From contig CAZEXI010000006.1 in the NCBI GenBank assembly GCA_964516805.1, forward strand, positions 1 to 61,905: a stretch of DNA of 61,905 nucleotides, in the 5' to 3' direction. The notes under the pieces are model-generated. The model had not been told where the DNA came from and did not search any database. It saw only the letters and a list, made by a program, of their open reading frames with translations. Of the stretch, positions 46,328 to 55,585 are shown piece by piece; the first letter of the stretch is position 1; the number at the start of each line of letters is the position of its first letter. The stretch is from an uncultured Thermoplasmata archaeon (GTDB lineage: Archaea; Thermoplasmatota; Thermoplasmata; Halarchaeoplasmatales; Halarchaeoplasmataceae). The position numbers and the translations under genes are program-made.

Positions 46328-47335
46328 ATGATTTTACATTTAGTTGGATGGACTGCAGCTCTGATTGTTGGGGTAATAATTTTAGTAAAGGGTGCAGATT
46401 TTCTTGTAGAAGGAGGCGGGAAAACAGCTGCATATTTAGGAGTTCCAGCAATTGTTATCGGATTAACTCTGGTATCATTTGGGACATCTCTACCAGAACT
46501 AGCTGGAAGTTTAAATGCGATAATAAAAGGGAAACAGGGGATATCGGTTGGAAATGTTATTGGTTCAAACATCGCTAATATTTTACTGGTTTTGGGCGCT
46601 AGTTCCATGATAAAACCGATAAGTGTGGATAGGAACATAATAAAAAGAGAGATACCAATAATGTTTGGTGCGATGGCTTTATTAGTGCTTTTTGTTTCTC
46701 AGATATTATCCAATGATTACGTGATACACCGTTGGGAAGGATTCATATTATTGGTGGCATTCATAGCTTATGTTGGATTTTTTCTCTATATTGCTTATTT
46801 TGAAGGTGATAAAGAAATAATCCAAGAAGAAATGGAAATCGAGGAAGAGATTAAGGATGAAGATTATGCAAAAGGAGAGGGATATGATCCCAAGACAAAT
46901 ATTGCTAAAATAATATTTGGTCTTCTTGGAATAGCTATAGGTGCTGAATTGATGATCGATGGAGCAATTTTTTACATGAACGAATTTAGTTTAAAAGAAG
47001 GGATCGTTGGTTTGACCATAATTGCTTTAGCAACATCTTTACCTGAATTAGCTGCCTCTTCTATGGCTGCTTATAAAGAAGAATCTGATATATCCTTAGG
47101 GAATGTGATTGGTTCTAATACCTTTAATATTCTTATGGTACTGGGAATTTGCGCTACATTTTTCCCTTTAGATTTTTCTCCGGATATAATTTCAAGTATG
47201 TTTATAATGATAGTAGTCAGTATAATCTTAACAATTTTCATGTATACTGGTAAAAAAATATCGAGACTTGAAGGGCTCGTTATGTTGTTAGGATACTTCA
47301 TCTATATGGGTTTTCAGTTCGTTTACATACATTGA
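46328..47335 (+). CDS. CaCA-family Ca2+/Na+ antiporter (YrbG-like)
   Basis: Two alpha-repeats: GTSLPELAGS..GNVIGSNIANILLVLG and ATSLPELAAS..GNVIGSNTFNILMVLG. Confidence 0.85.
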   Translation: MILHLVGWTAALIVGVIILVKGADFLVEGGGKTAAYLGVPAIVIGLTLVSFGTSLPELAGSLNAIIKGKQGISVGNVIGSNIANILLVLGASSMIKPISVDRNIIKREIPIMFGAMALLVLFVSQILSNDYVIHRWEGFILLVAFIAYVGFFLYIAYFEGDKEIIQEEMEIEEEIKDEDYAKGEGYDPKTNIAKIIFGLLGIAIGAELMIDGAIFYMNEFSLKEGIVGLTIIALATSLPELAASSMAAYKEESDISLGNVIGSNTFNILMVLGICATFFPLDFSPDIISSMFIMIVVSIILTIFMYTGKKISRLEGLVMLLGYFIYMGFQFVYIH

Positions 47336-47947
47336 TCAATAACCTAGTTTAAACGAACTTTTATTTCTAACAATTAGCGCTAATGAAATTATAGCCATAA
47401 TTTGAGGTCCTAGCAATAAAATTTCTGAGAAATTAGTAAATAAATTTGAGTTTAATTCTAGAAACACTGTATACCAGAGAACAGAACTAAGTAAAGCAAA
47501 GATTATCCCAGAAAGAGAAATCACGAATGAATAACATTTGATTGCACTGATTGTTCCAGATATAACGAAAATTAGAAAAACAAACCCTGCTAAACCGATC
47601 CCATATAAACTATTTATTTCTGTTCCAGATATGCCAGATAAATTACTAGGAATCAATATTTGTATCATACCAAAGATAAAAAATGGAATCGTTAGTGCTA
47701 ATAATAAACCACCAATAAGCAGTCTAGATTTTTTATTTTTATTCTTTTGCATAGGTGGGTAAAGTCCAGAATATATCTCCCAGTAAAAATCATGTTTTTT
47801 TATCCTGTTGTAGTTTACTTTATCTCTATATTGATTATTACAGTAAGGGCATTCAACTTTTAGATAATGCATTTCTTCCTCTTCAGGTACAGACTCGTAA
47901 AAGCTTGCACCACAATAGGGACATTGCGTGAATAAACTTTTCATCAT
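47336..47947 (-). CDS. membrane protein with N-terminal double zinc ribbon
   Basis: CPYCG...CPYCN followed by about 4 TM helices. Confidence 0.5.
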   Translation of the reverse strand: MMKSLFTQCPYCGASFYESVPEEEEMHYLKVECPYCNNQYRDKVNYNRIKKHDFYWEIYSGLYPPMQKNKNKKSRLLIGGLLLALTIPFFIFGMIQILIPSNLSGISGTEINSLYGIGLAGFVFLIFVISGTISAIKCYSFVISLSGIIFALLSSVLWYTVFLELNSNLFTNFSEILLLGPQIMAIISLALIVRNKSSFKLGY

Positions 47948-48029
47948 TGAGTAAATATCTGCAAAGTTTAAGTTTTTTTGCCTTTTTTAGCGAAAATATA
48001 TTTATTGTGGTGACAAATTAAGTATTACC

Positions 48030-49676
48030 TTGTCATCGAATAAACTTCCTGAGGGACTAAAAGTCCAAGAAATCAAAGGTTCTGGTAAACTTCAACCATT
48101 GTTGAATAAATTAAAAACCCATTCCTTCAATGGGTATATAACAGTTGAAATACCGGAAAAATACGAAGGTTTTGTCATCATTAAGAAAGGTATACCAAAG
48201 GTATCTCAATTAGAGACTCCCTCTGAAAAAGTTCTTGGGTTGGAAGCATTACAGAATATTCAAACTATGGATCATAGGTCAGAATTAAAGATAAAGGTTC
48301 ATACTAAAATTGATGTTGATAAATTGATGTCGGAATTGGAAGGGAAGATATCTAGTGTGGATGAAACCAGTATAGAAAAAGAAGGTGCTGAGGGTGAAGA
48401 TGAAAGATCTCTCGAGATTTTACGTAAGGAAATCGAAGAGAGCAAATCAAAAAAGATAATGAAGGATATTGAAGAAGAATTTCCTAGTAGATACAGTTTT
48501 GAGAAATTCATAGTAGGTCCCAATAATAGGTTTGCATATGCAGCAGCTCTAGCTGTATCGAAGAGGCCAGACAAAAGCTATAATCCTCTGTTTATCAAGG
48601 GTGAATCAGGTTTAGGTAAGACACATTTGATGAAAGCTATCGGCAGAGCTTTATCAAAACGTTTTCCTGGTAGAAATATTAAATACATAACCACGTCAAA
48701 ATTACTTACTGAATTCAATAAATTTGTAGAAAAAGATGATATTACTGAGTTTAAAGAGGAGTACAGTGGATATGACACACTTCTTTTAGATGATATTCAA
48801 TATATCTCAGAAAGACCTAAGGCCCAACACTCTTTGTTTCATATATTTAATGAAATTCAAACTACAAATGGACAGATAATATTATCTAGCGATCGCCCTC
48901 CAGAAAAGATCACTGAGATCGAGGAGAGGTTGGCATCAAGATTCAAATCAGGTTTAGTAGTAGATATCCTACCACCTACTTATGATAGTAGAAAAGAAAT
49001 AATAAAGAAGAAATCAAAGCTGTTTGGTATAGAAACACCTCCTGAGGTATTAGATTACATCGCCAAGAACATCAAGAAAAATATAAGGTTTATAGAAGGT
49101 GCATTGACCAGAGTTTCTGCATATTCGGATTTATTGGATGAACCGATAACTTTAAACAACGTTAAAAAAACCCTGGAACAATATATTGACAAGGAAGTTG
49201 AGATAAGAGAATTGAAGTTAGATGTTAAAGAAGGAAGGAGTTACCTTATAAAAGAAGAGAGTGCTGAGAATGTTTTTGAACTATTTGAAAAAATAGAGAA
49301 GGAGTTAGGCAAATTTATTATCTCAAGGTTCAACCCTAAAAGAATAAATGAAGAGTTTAAATTAAGTGATGCTGAAATAAAATGGCTGACTGATAAAGAG
49401 AGCGAGAAGTTTGAGACGATATCGCCCAATCTAGAAAGATTAAGCTGGACTTTAGAAAAGAAGATAAAGGAAGATACGATCATATTACTAGATGGTTTAG
49501 AATATCTTATTAGCAATGTTAACTTTGAAGCAACTCTTAAATTCATAAGACATATGGTGGATATCGTATCTGAAAATAAAAGTATATTTTTGGTTATAGT
49601 TAACCCAAACGCTTTGGATGGAAAGCAAATAAGTGTTTTAGAAAGAGAAATGGATACAATATCTTATGTAAGTTAA
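48030..49676 (+). CDS. DnaA-type AAA+ ATPase without DnaA domain IV, with PATAN/DUF4388-like N-domain and DUF835 C-domain
   Basis: aa ~155-385: FEKFIVGPNNRFAYAAALAVSKRPDKSYNPLFIKGESGLGKTHLMKAIG, LLLDDIQYI, QIILSSDRPP, RLASRFKSGLVVDILPP and NIRFIEGAL, colinear with bacterial DnaA domain III. aa ~400-548: SYLIKEES...IKWLT...ILLDGLEYLI...LVIVNPNAL, the DUF835 pattern. TTG start, so the start is uncertain. Confidence 0.75.
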   Translation: MSSNKLPEGLKVQEIKGSGKLQPLLNKLKTHSFNGYITVEIPEKYEGFVIIKKGIPKVSQLETPSEKVLGLEALQNIQTMDHRSELKIKVHTKIDVDKLMSELEGKISSVDETSIEKEGAEGEDERSLEILRKEIEESKSKKIMKDIEEEFPSRYSFEKFIVGPNNRFAYAAALAVSKRPDKSYNPLFIKGESGLGKTHLMKAIGRALSKRFPGRNIKYITTSKLLTEFNKFVEKDDITEFKEEYSGYDTLLLDDIQYISERPKAQHSLFHIFNEIQTTNGQIILSSDRPPEKITEIEERLASRFKSGLVVDILPPTYDSRKEIIKKKSKLFGIETPPEVLDYIAKNIKKNIRFIEGALTRVSAYSDLLDEPITLNNVKKTLEQYIDKEVEIRELKLDVKEGRSYLIKEESAENVFELFEKIEKELGKFIISRFNPKRINEEFKLSDAEIKWLTDKESEKFETISPNLERLSWTLEKKIKEDTIILLDGLEYLISNVNFEATLKFIRHMVDIVSENKSIFLVIVNPNALDGKQISVLEREMDTISYVS

Positions 49677-50248
49677 TCTTCTTTTTCTTCTGATTTACCT
49701 ACATAAACTGAAGTATCAACTATTTTACCAGAAAGACTATCTTTGATTTCATCAGGTATATATGTCGTGACTTTACCACAAGAATCACAAACCACACCTA
49801 CTTCGTATTTTCCTTTATTACCACAAGAAGGACATTCAAAAGTTTTAGGAAGCAATAGTGAGTTCAATATTTTAACCTCTAATCGTGCTACTCTACTTCC
49901 CAACAAGCCCACCTGAGTGGATATCTTTCTGTGCATATCTTTAATTTTTTCTGATTCGTCCTCTGCTTCAGAAAGATCAGAATATTTTTCCATTAGAACA
50001 CCAGCTTCTGCTGCAGTACAGTAACCTTCTGTGACTAGGTCAACTGCATCCTTACCTTGCTCGAACATTTCGAATGCTTTAGATTGCAAAGAAAGTTCAT
50101 TGAGTTCTTCAGATAGGACCTTTTCTTTTATAATATAGTTTTTAAAATCATCCTTATCTTTTTCCAATTCCTCAGCTATCTCATCAAGAGAAAAACCTTT
50201 CTTATGCATATTTTTTAAGTTTTTTATTTCTTTCTCGGTTAGTTTCAT
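49673..50248 (-). CDS. HTH / coiled-coil / zinc-ribbon protein
   Basis: N-terminal KKGFSLDEIAEEL (HTH-like), an acidic helical middle, and C-terminal CPSCG...CDSCG. Confidence 0.45.
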   Translation of the reverse strand: MKLTEKEIKNLKNMHKKGFSLDEIAEELEKDKDDFKNYIIKEKVLSEELNELSLQSKAFEMFEQGKDAVDLVTEGYCTAAEAGVLMEKYSDLSEAEDESEKIKDMHRKISTQVGLLGSRVARLEVKILNSLLLPKTFECPSCGNKGKYEVGVVCDSCGKVTTYIPDEIKDSLSGKIVDTSVYVGKSEEKED

Positions 50249-50346
50249 CTATAACAACTATCATAAACTCTTTTACTCTTATAACTGTTTTTATTAGGAC
50301 CTTTACTTCCGAAAATTTAAAGTCTTAATACAATTTAGTACCCATC

Positions 50347-52977
50347 ATGTCTTCCTTTGGTACCGAAGAATTCGTTGAAATCGAGAAGAAATGGCTGGAA
50401 AGATGGGAAGAGAGCGATATATACAAGTTTGACATGGAATCTGATAAACCCATCTTTTCAATAGATACACCACCTCCTACAATATCAGGTAGAATGCATA
50501 TCGGACATGCTTTTTCTTATACCCAAATGGATATAATTGCTAGATACAAAAGGATGCAGGACTTCAATGTTTTTTATCCATGGGGTTTTGATGATAATGG
50601 TATTGCCACCGAACTTTTCGTTAAAAATGAAACAGGTGTCGATCCAAAAGATGTGGGAAGAGAGAAGTTTATTGAATTGTGTCTCGAGGAAAGTAAGAAG
50701 TTAGAAGATGACCTTGAAAGAAAATGGAAAAGAGTAGGGACTTTCCCTGATTACGATATATTTTACAGAACAATTGATGAAGACTCAAGAAAAACATCAC
50801 AAAAATCATTCATTGAATTATACAAGATGGGTAGAGAATATCGAAAAGAAGCACCCACCTTGTGGTGTCCTCACTGTGAAACCGCTATATCACAGGTGGA
50901 GACCGATGAACTTGAAAAGGAAGGGAAGTTCAACAATATTTTCTTTGATTTAGAAGAAGGTGGACAGATAACAATATCTACAACAAGACCCGAACTCCTA
51001 CCTGCATGTGTTGCAGTTTTTGTACATCCTGACGATGAAGAAAATAGTCATTTGGTAGGAAAAACAGCAAAGATTCCTCTATTTGGACAGAAAGTTCCAA
51101 TTATTGAAGATGAAAAAGTGGATATGGAGACTGGTACAGGTATAGTGATGTGCTGTACATTTGGTGATCAGACTGATATAGACTGGTGGTATGCACATGA
51201 TCTTCCACTAAGAATAGCAATAGATGAAACGGGGCACATGACAGAAAAAGCAGATAAATATTCGGGATTAGATGTTGAGAAAGCTAGAGAGAAGATAATC
51301 GAAGACCTAAAAAAAGAAGGTAAACTAGGAGATCAGTGGGAAATTACCCATGATGTAAACGTTCATGAAAGATGCGATACTCCAATCGAATTCTTAGTTA
51401 CAAAACAGTGGTTTATAAAGTATCTGGATCTGAGAGATGAATATTTAGAAGTCGGTGAGGAATTGAACTGGTTTCCTGAACATATGAAAGTTAGATACGA
51501 TAATTGGGTAAAATCTCTAAGATGGGATTGGTGTATATCTAGGCAAAGATATCATGGCATCCCGTTCCCGGTTTGGTACTGCAAAGAATGTGGAGAAGTC
51601 AAACTAGCTAAAGATGAGCAGTTGCCTGTAAATCCTTTAGTAGATGATCCCATTGGAAAATGTGAAAATTGTAGTGGTGAAGAATTTGAACCTGAAGAAG
51701 ATGTTCTGGATACTTGGGCCACTTCATCACTAACACCTTATATAGCTACTGGATGGATCAATGATTCTGAATTATTTGAGAAGGTATTCCCGTTCACACT
51801 CAGACCTCAATCACACGATATAATCAGTTTCTGGGCCTTTAATACTATTGTCAAGAGTTTATTCCACTCAGACACAAAGCCATGGGATGACATAATGATA
51901 CATGGATATCTCATGCTTCCTGGAGGTAAGGCATTTTCTTCATCTAAAGGGGTTATCATTGACCCAGAAGAAGTGTCTGATGAATATGGGGCGGACACAA
52001 TCAGGTATCTAAGTGGTACTACAAAACCTGGTGAGGATGTAGAATTTGAAAAGAAATGGTTAAAGCGTGGTCAGAGGATAAGAACAAAGTTTTGGAATCT
52101 ACAGAAATTTATAGGAAATTCTATAGATGAAAAGATAGAGGACATCCCAGAATTGAAAACGATAGATAAATGGTTGTTGAGTAAATATTCTAAACTTGTA
52201 AGGAATACAACTGAATACATGGATGAGTATCGTTATGATAAGGCTCTAAAGGATATTGAATATTTCTTATGGCATGTGCTCGCTGATCATTATATAGAGA
52301 TGATAAAACACAGGATATACAAAGGAGAAGATGAAGCTGTCAAATATACTTTGTACAATGTGGGCCTAGGTATCACTAAGATGCTGGCACCATTCATGTG
52401 CTTCATAACTGAAGAGGTCTATGATCTACATTATAAGCAGTTCGAGGGTAAGAAAAGTGTGCATATATCAAATTGGCCTGAAGAAATTTTGGTAGATGAT
52501 GATGCTGAAGAACAAGGTGAATTGGTCAAAGACATAATAGCTGAAATAAGGAACTGGAAATCGGAGAAGGGCATACCTTTGAACGAAGAGATAGGGGAAG
52601 TAAGGATAATCAGCAATTCATCTGGAATTAAAGAAAATGAAGATGATATACTGAAAACTATAAAAGCAGAGAAGATCAATCTAATAAATTCGCATGAGCT
52701 CCAGAAGAAAGCAGCTGAAATATTACCCGATTATTCTTCAATAGGACCAAAATTCAAAGATAAAGCAAATGATATAGTAAATGTACTTAATAAAGCAAAT
52801 CCTGAAGATGTTTCAGAAGCTCTAGAAAAAGACGGATATGAGATCCAATTAGACGGTGAAACCTACACAGTGAATGAAGATGATGTTGACATCAGAGAAT
52901 CTAAGATTCATAAAGGAGAAGAGGTAGAATCAATCGAATTTGATAAAGGAATCATATTGTTGGAGAAACCTAATTGA
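50347..52977 (+). CDS. valS: valyl-tRNA synthetase (archaeal type)
   Basis: PPPTISGRMHIGHA (HIGH), editing-domain TTRPE, WCISRQRYHGIPFPVWYC, and a degenerate KMSKS region (KAFSSSKG). 876 aa fits ValRS rather than Ile/LeuRS. Confidence 0.85.
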   Translation: MSSFGTEEFVEIEKKWLERWEESDIYKFDMESDKPIFSIDTPPPTISGRMHIGHAFSYTQMDIIARYKRMQDFNVFYPWGFDDNGIATELFVKNETGVDPKDVGREKFIELCLEESKKLEDDLERKWKRVGTFPDYDIFYRTIDEDSRKTSQKSFIELYKMGREYRKEAPTLWCPHCETAISQVETDELEKEGKFNNIFFDLEEGGQITISTTRPELLPACVAVFVHPDDEENSHLVGKTAKIPLFGQKVPIIEDEKVDMETGTGIVMCCTFGDQTDIDWWYAHDLPLRIAIDETGHMTEKADKYSGLDVEKAREKIIEDLKKEGKLGDQWEITHDVNVHERCDTPIEFLVTKQWFIKYLDLRDEYLEVGEELNWFPEHMKVRYDNWVKSLRWDWCISRQRYHGIPFPVWYCKECGEVKLAKDEQLPVNPLVDDPIGKCENCSGEEFEPEEDVLDTWATSSLTPYIATGWINDSELFEKVFPFTLRPQSHDIISFWAFNTIVKSLFHSDTKPWDDIMIHGYLMLPGGKAFSSSKGVIIDPEEVSDEYGADTIRYLSGTTKPGEDVEFEKKWLKRGQRIRTKFWNLQKFIGNSIDEKIEDIPELKTIDKWLLSKYSKLVRNTTEYMDEYRYDKALKDIEYFLWHVLADHYIEMIKHRIYKGEDEAVKYTLYNVGLGITKMLAPFMCFITEEVYDLHYKQFEGKKSVHISNWPEEILVDDDAEEQGELVKDIIAEIRNWKSEKGIPLNEEIGEVRIISNSSGIKENEDDILKTIKAEKINLINSHELQKKAAEILPDYSSIGPKFKDKANDIVNVLNKANPEDVSEALEKDGYEIQLDGETYTVNEDDVDIRESKIHKGEEVESIEFDKGIILLEKPN

Positions 52978-53018
52978 CATACTCTTCCGCTTAAGGATGG
53001 AGGCATTCTACTTTATAT

Positions 53019-53222
53019 CTATGTGAAAACATCATCCTGAAGACTTTTTTCATCTTTCTCTTTATCTATCATTTTGCCTCTCCTGCATTCTAAACAAACT
53101 CCTTTGTGGAGATGCTCATCACATGTCATCATCCCACATATTCTGCATGACTGTGTAGCCGGTTTGCCACAGATATGACACATTCCTGTCATTTCCATAT
53201 CTATCATATCCTCTATTCTCAA
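53019..53222 (-). CDS. small Cys/His zinc-finger protein (HIT-finger-like spacing)
   Basis: CHICG-x7-CRIC-x4-CDEHLH-x3-CLEC. The real start is probably an internal Met (MTGMCHIC). Confidence 0.5.
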   Translation of the reverse strand: MRIEDMIDMEMTGMCHICGKPATQSCRICGMMTCDEHLHKGVCLECRRGKMIDKEKDEKSLQDDVFT

Positions 53223-53319
53223 ATATCATTTAAATCAATAATAAATATTTAGGTAAATAAGCAGGTAAATAGACCGAAAATATTAATGTACACTACTATA
53301 TCAGATGTGTGCTGATAAA

Positions 53320-54579
53320 ATGGTAGATTATAATCGCATATTCTCGAAAAGAGCAGGCAAGATGAAAGCCTCAGAGATTAGAGAATTACTCAAATTGATA
53401 CAAAAACCAGGCCTTATATCATTCGCAGGTGGATTACCAAATCCTAAAGCATTCCCTACAGAAGAAACTAGAGGAATAATCAATAACTTACTTGACGACA
53501 TGGGAGATAAAATTTTGCAATATGGTTCAACTGAGGGAGTTAATAATTTAAGAGATGAACTTGCGGATATGATGACTGGAAGAGGGATGGACGTTGAAAG
53601 AGAAAATATTGTGGTAACTGCAGGTTCTCAGCAGGCATTAGAGTTGCTGAGTAAGGTGTTATTGGACCCTGGAGATACGATTATAGTTGGATCACCAACT
53701 TATCTTGGTGCAACAGGTGCTTTTAGAGCATACGAAGCCAATATGGAAACAGTTAGAGTTGAAGAAGATGGCATGGATATGGAGATGCTCGATAAAAAAG
53801 TAGGACAACTGATAAAGATGGGGAGGAAACCTAAGTTTATCTATGTAGTACCTACCTTCCAGAACCCATCTGGAGCAACGATGTCTGCTGAGAAAAGACA
53901 TAGACTTATTGAGATTGCTGAAAAGTATGATATTTTAGTAGTTGAAGACTCACCTTATTCACATTTAAGGTATGAAGGAGAACCGATGCCTCATCTGATG
54001 TCTATAGATGACGATGATAGAGTAGTAAGATTAGAAACCTTCTCTAAGATTTTAGCGCCAGGGTTCAGGATCGCATGGTGTACAGGACCTAAAACGTTGA
54101 TAGAAAAGATGGTAATAGCTAAGCAAGCAACAGACTTATGTACTAATCCATTTGGTCAATACGTTGCTTGGAAATACATATCTGAAGGTATTTTAGATGA
54201 ACACCTTGAAAAGATAAAGAAGCTTTACAACAAAAAGAGATTGACAATGTTGGAAGCCATGGAGGAACATTTTCCTGAAGAAGCAGATTGGAATAGACCT
54301 GAGGGTGGAATGTTCATCTGGGCGAAATTACCAGAATATGTCAATACGAGAGATATGTTTGATAAAGCAGTACAGAAGAATGTGGCTTATGTAGTAGGAG
54401 ATGCATTCTTTGTTGAAGACCACGGTTATAATACAATGAGAATTAATTTCACACACTCATCCGAGGAAGAGATTAAAGAGGGTATCAAAAATCTGGGCGA
54501 AGTGATCAAAGAAGAGATCGAACAGAAAAAACGAGAAAAGGAAGAGATGAGGGAAAAGGAAAGCCCGATCTCACCTTAA
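53320..54579 (+). CDS. class I/II PLP-dependent aminotransferase (LysN/2-aminoadipate-type)
   Basis: KASEIRELLKL, PTFQNPSG and PLP-lysine FSKILAPGFRIAW. Start taken at MVDYNRI. Confidence 0.8.
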   Translation: MVDYNRIFSKRAGKMKASEIRELLKLIQKPGLISFAGGLPNPKAFPTEETRGIINNLLDDMGDKILQYGSTEGVNNLRDELADMMTGRGMDVERENIVVTAGSQQALELLSKVLLDPGDTIIVGSPTYLGATGAFRAYEANMETVRVEEDGMDMEMLDKKVGQLIKMGRKPKFIYVVPTFQNPSGATMSAEKRHRLIEIAEKYDILVVEDSPYSHLRYEGEPMPHLMSIDDDDRVVRLETFSKILAPGFRIAWCTGPKTLIEKMVIAKQATDLCTNPFGQYVAWKYISEGILDEHLEKIKKLYNKKRLTMLEAMEEHFPEEADWNRPEGGMFIWAKLPEYVNTRDMFDKAVQKNVAYVVGDAFFVEDHGYNTMRINFTHSSEEEIKEGIKNLGEVIKEEIEQKKREKEEMREKESPISP

Positions 54580-55416
54580 AGGATAGATATCTTTTAGTAA
54601 CTCTGAAACCTCTTTTCTTTTTACTTTGTTTCTTATATCATCTTTACTGAACACACTTTCTCCGATAACGGATGAAACATATTTTAGTGGGACCCTTTCG
54701 AAATATTCATTGTGAACATTGATTTCTTTGACCGTATACCAGACCTCATTTGATGGATGGCTTTCACCTTTTGACATTTTCAGGTCTTCGGGTAATAGTT
54801 TAGAATCATCACTAACGATGTATGTAGGTATTTCTTTTTCTTTTGCTGATAAAACTAAAGGATATGAACCGATTTTGTTTAAAAATACGTTATTTGATAT
54901 TGTATCAGCACCTATTATTACAGCATCACACCCCTCTAAACCTTTCAGGATAGCAGCATCTACCCAGTATTCTACATCGATGCCATTTGATTTTAGTGAT
55001 TTTGCGGTTTTTCTTCCTTCATTAAGTGGTCTCGATTCAAAAACAGTCATTTTGCCTACATCATTGATTGAAGAAATAACGGTTGAACTGTAACTGAAAG
55101 TAGAGATATGTTCATAATCATTCTTTTTTATTATGGATTTCATTTTTTTTATAGTATCGTTTTTAGATTCTCTTATATCTTCCATGTAGTTTTTAACAAC
55201 GCGTGATGAGTCTTTACCGCTTTCAATCGAAAGGAAAAAGACATTAGCTAGATTGATTAAAGGAGACATGCTGTACCTATTTTTGACTACTTTTTCCATG
55301 AACTCCTTCCCTTTGTTTACTTCCATCTGCAGAATGGATCCAGCAGCATCCTGCATTAATTCTGCAGAACCTTTTTCTGTATCATTTATTATTTCTTCCG
55401 CACTTCTATGAGCCAT
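54571..55416 (-). CDS. IF-2B family protein (eIF-2B alpha/beta/delta-like / ribose-1,5-bisphosphate isomerase family)
   Basis: VFESRPLNEGRKTA, VIIGADTISNNVFLNKIGSYPLVL and PTYIVSD. Confidence 0.75.
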   Translation of the reverse strand: MAHRSAEEIINDTEKGSAELMQDAAGSILQMEVNKGKEFMEKVVKNRYSMSPLINLANVFFLSIESGKDSSRVVKNYMEDIRESKNDTIKKMKSIIKKNDYEHISTFSYSSTVISSINDVGKMTVFESRPLNEGRKTAKSLKSNGIDVEYWVDAAILKGLEGCDAVIIGADTISNNVFLNKIGSYPLVLSAKEKEIPTYIVSDDSKLLPEDLKMSKGESHPSNEVWYTVKEINVHNEYFERVPLKYVSSVIGESVFSKDDIRNKVKRKEVSELLKDIYPLR

Positions 55417-55517
55417 ATATAAGTAAAAAATGAAGAGGTATTTATCAACTTTTAGTTCTAAAAATCTTGTCTACCAGTAATCTTAATAATCACGTATCTT
55501 ATGACTTGATTTACCGA

Positions 55518-55566
55518 ATGATTACGAATTTATTCATCGCGGGAATGGAGGTATTAGTACGCCTGA
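55518..55566 (+). ncRNA. candidate box C/D sRNA (weak)
   Basis: AUGAUUA (55518-55524), 12 nt, UCGC, GGG, AAUGGAG, 12 nt, CUGA (55563-55566). The spacing is exactly C-12-D'-3-C'-12-D, but D' and C' are degenerate and there is no terminal stem. Confidence 0.3.
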
Positions 55567-55585
55567 ACTAAAATTTTCTGATGAG

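Noticed and set aside
46303-46638. Track ORFs 46303..46638(-) and 46318..46578(+) overlapping the antiporter start
   Set aside because: They overlap the strongly supported CaCA gene (46328..47335) in other frames and have no motifs.
47948-48029. Replication origin next to the DnaA-like gene
   Set aside because: The intergenic region is only ~80 bp, with no DnaA-box or ORB-type repeat array and no extended AT-rich unwinding element flanked by repeats. No orc1/cdc6 gene is in the window.
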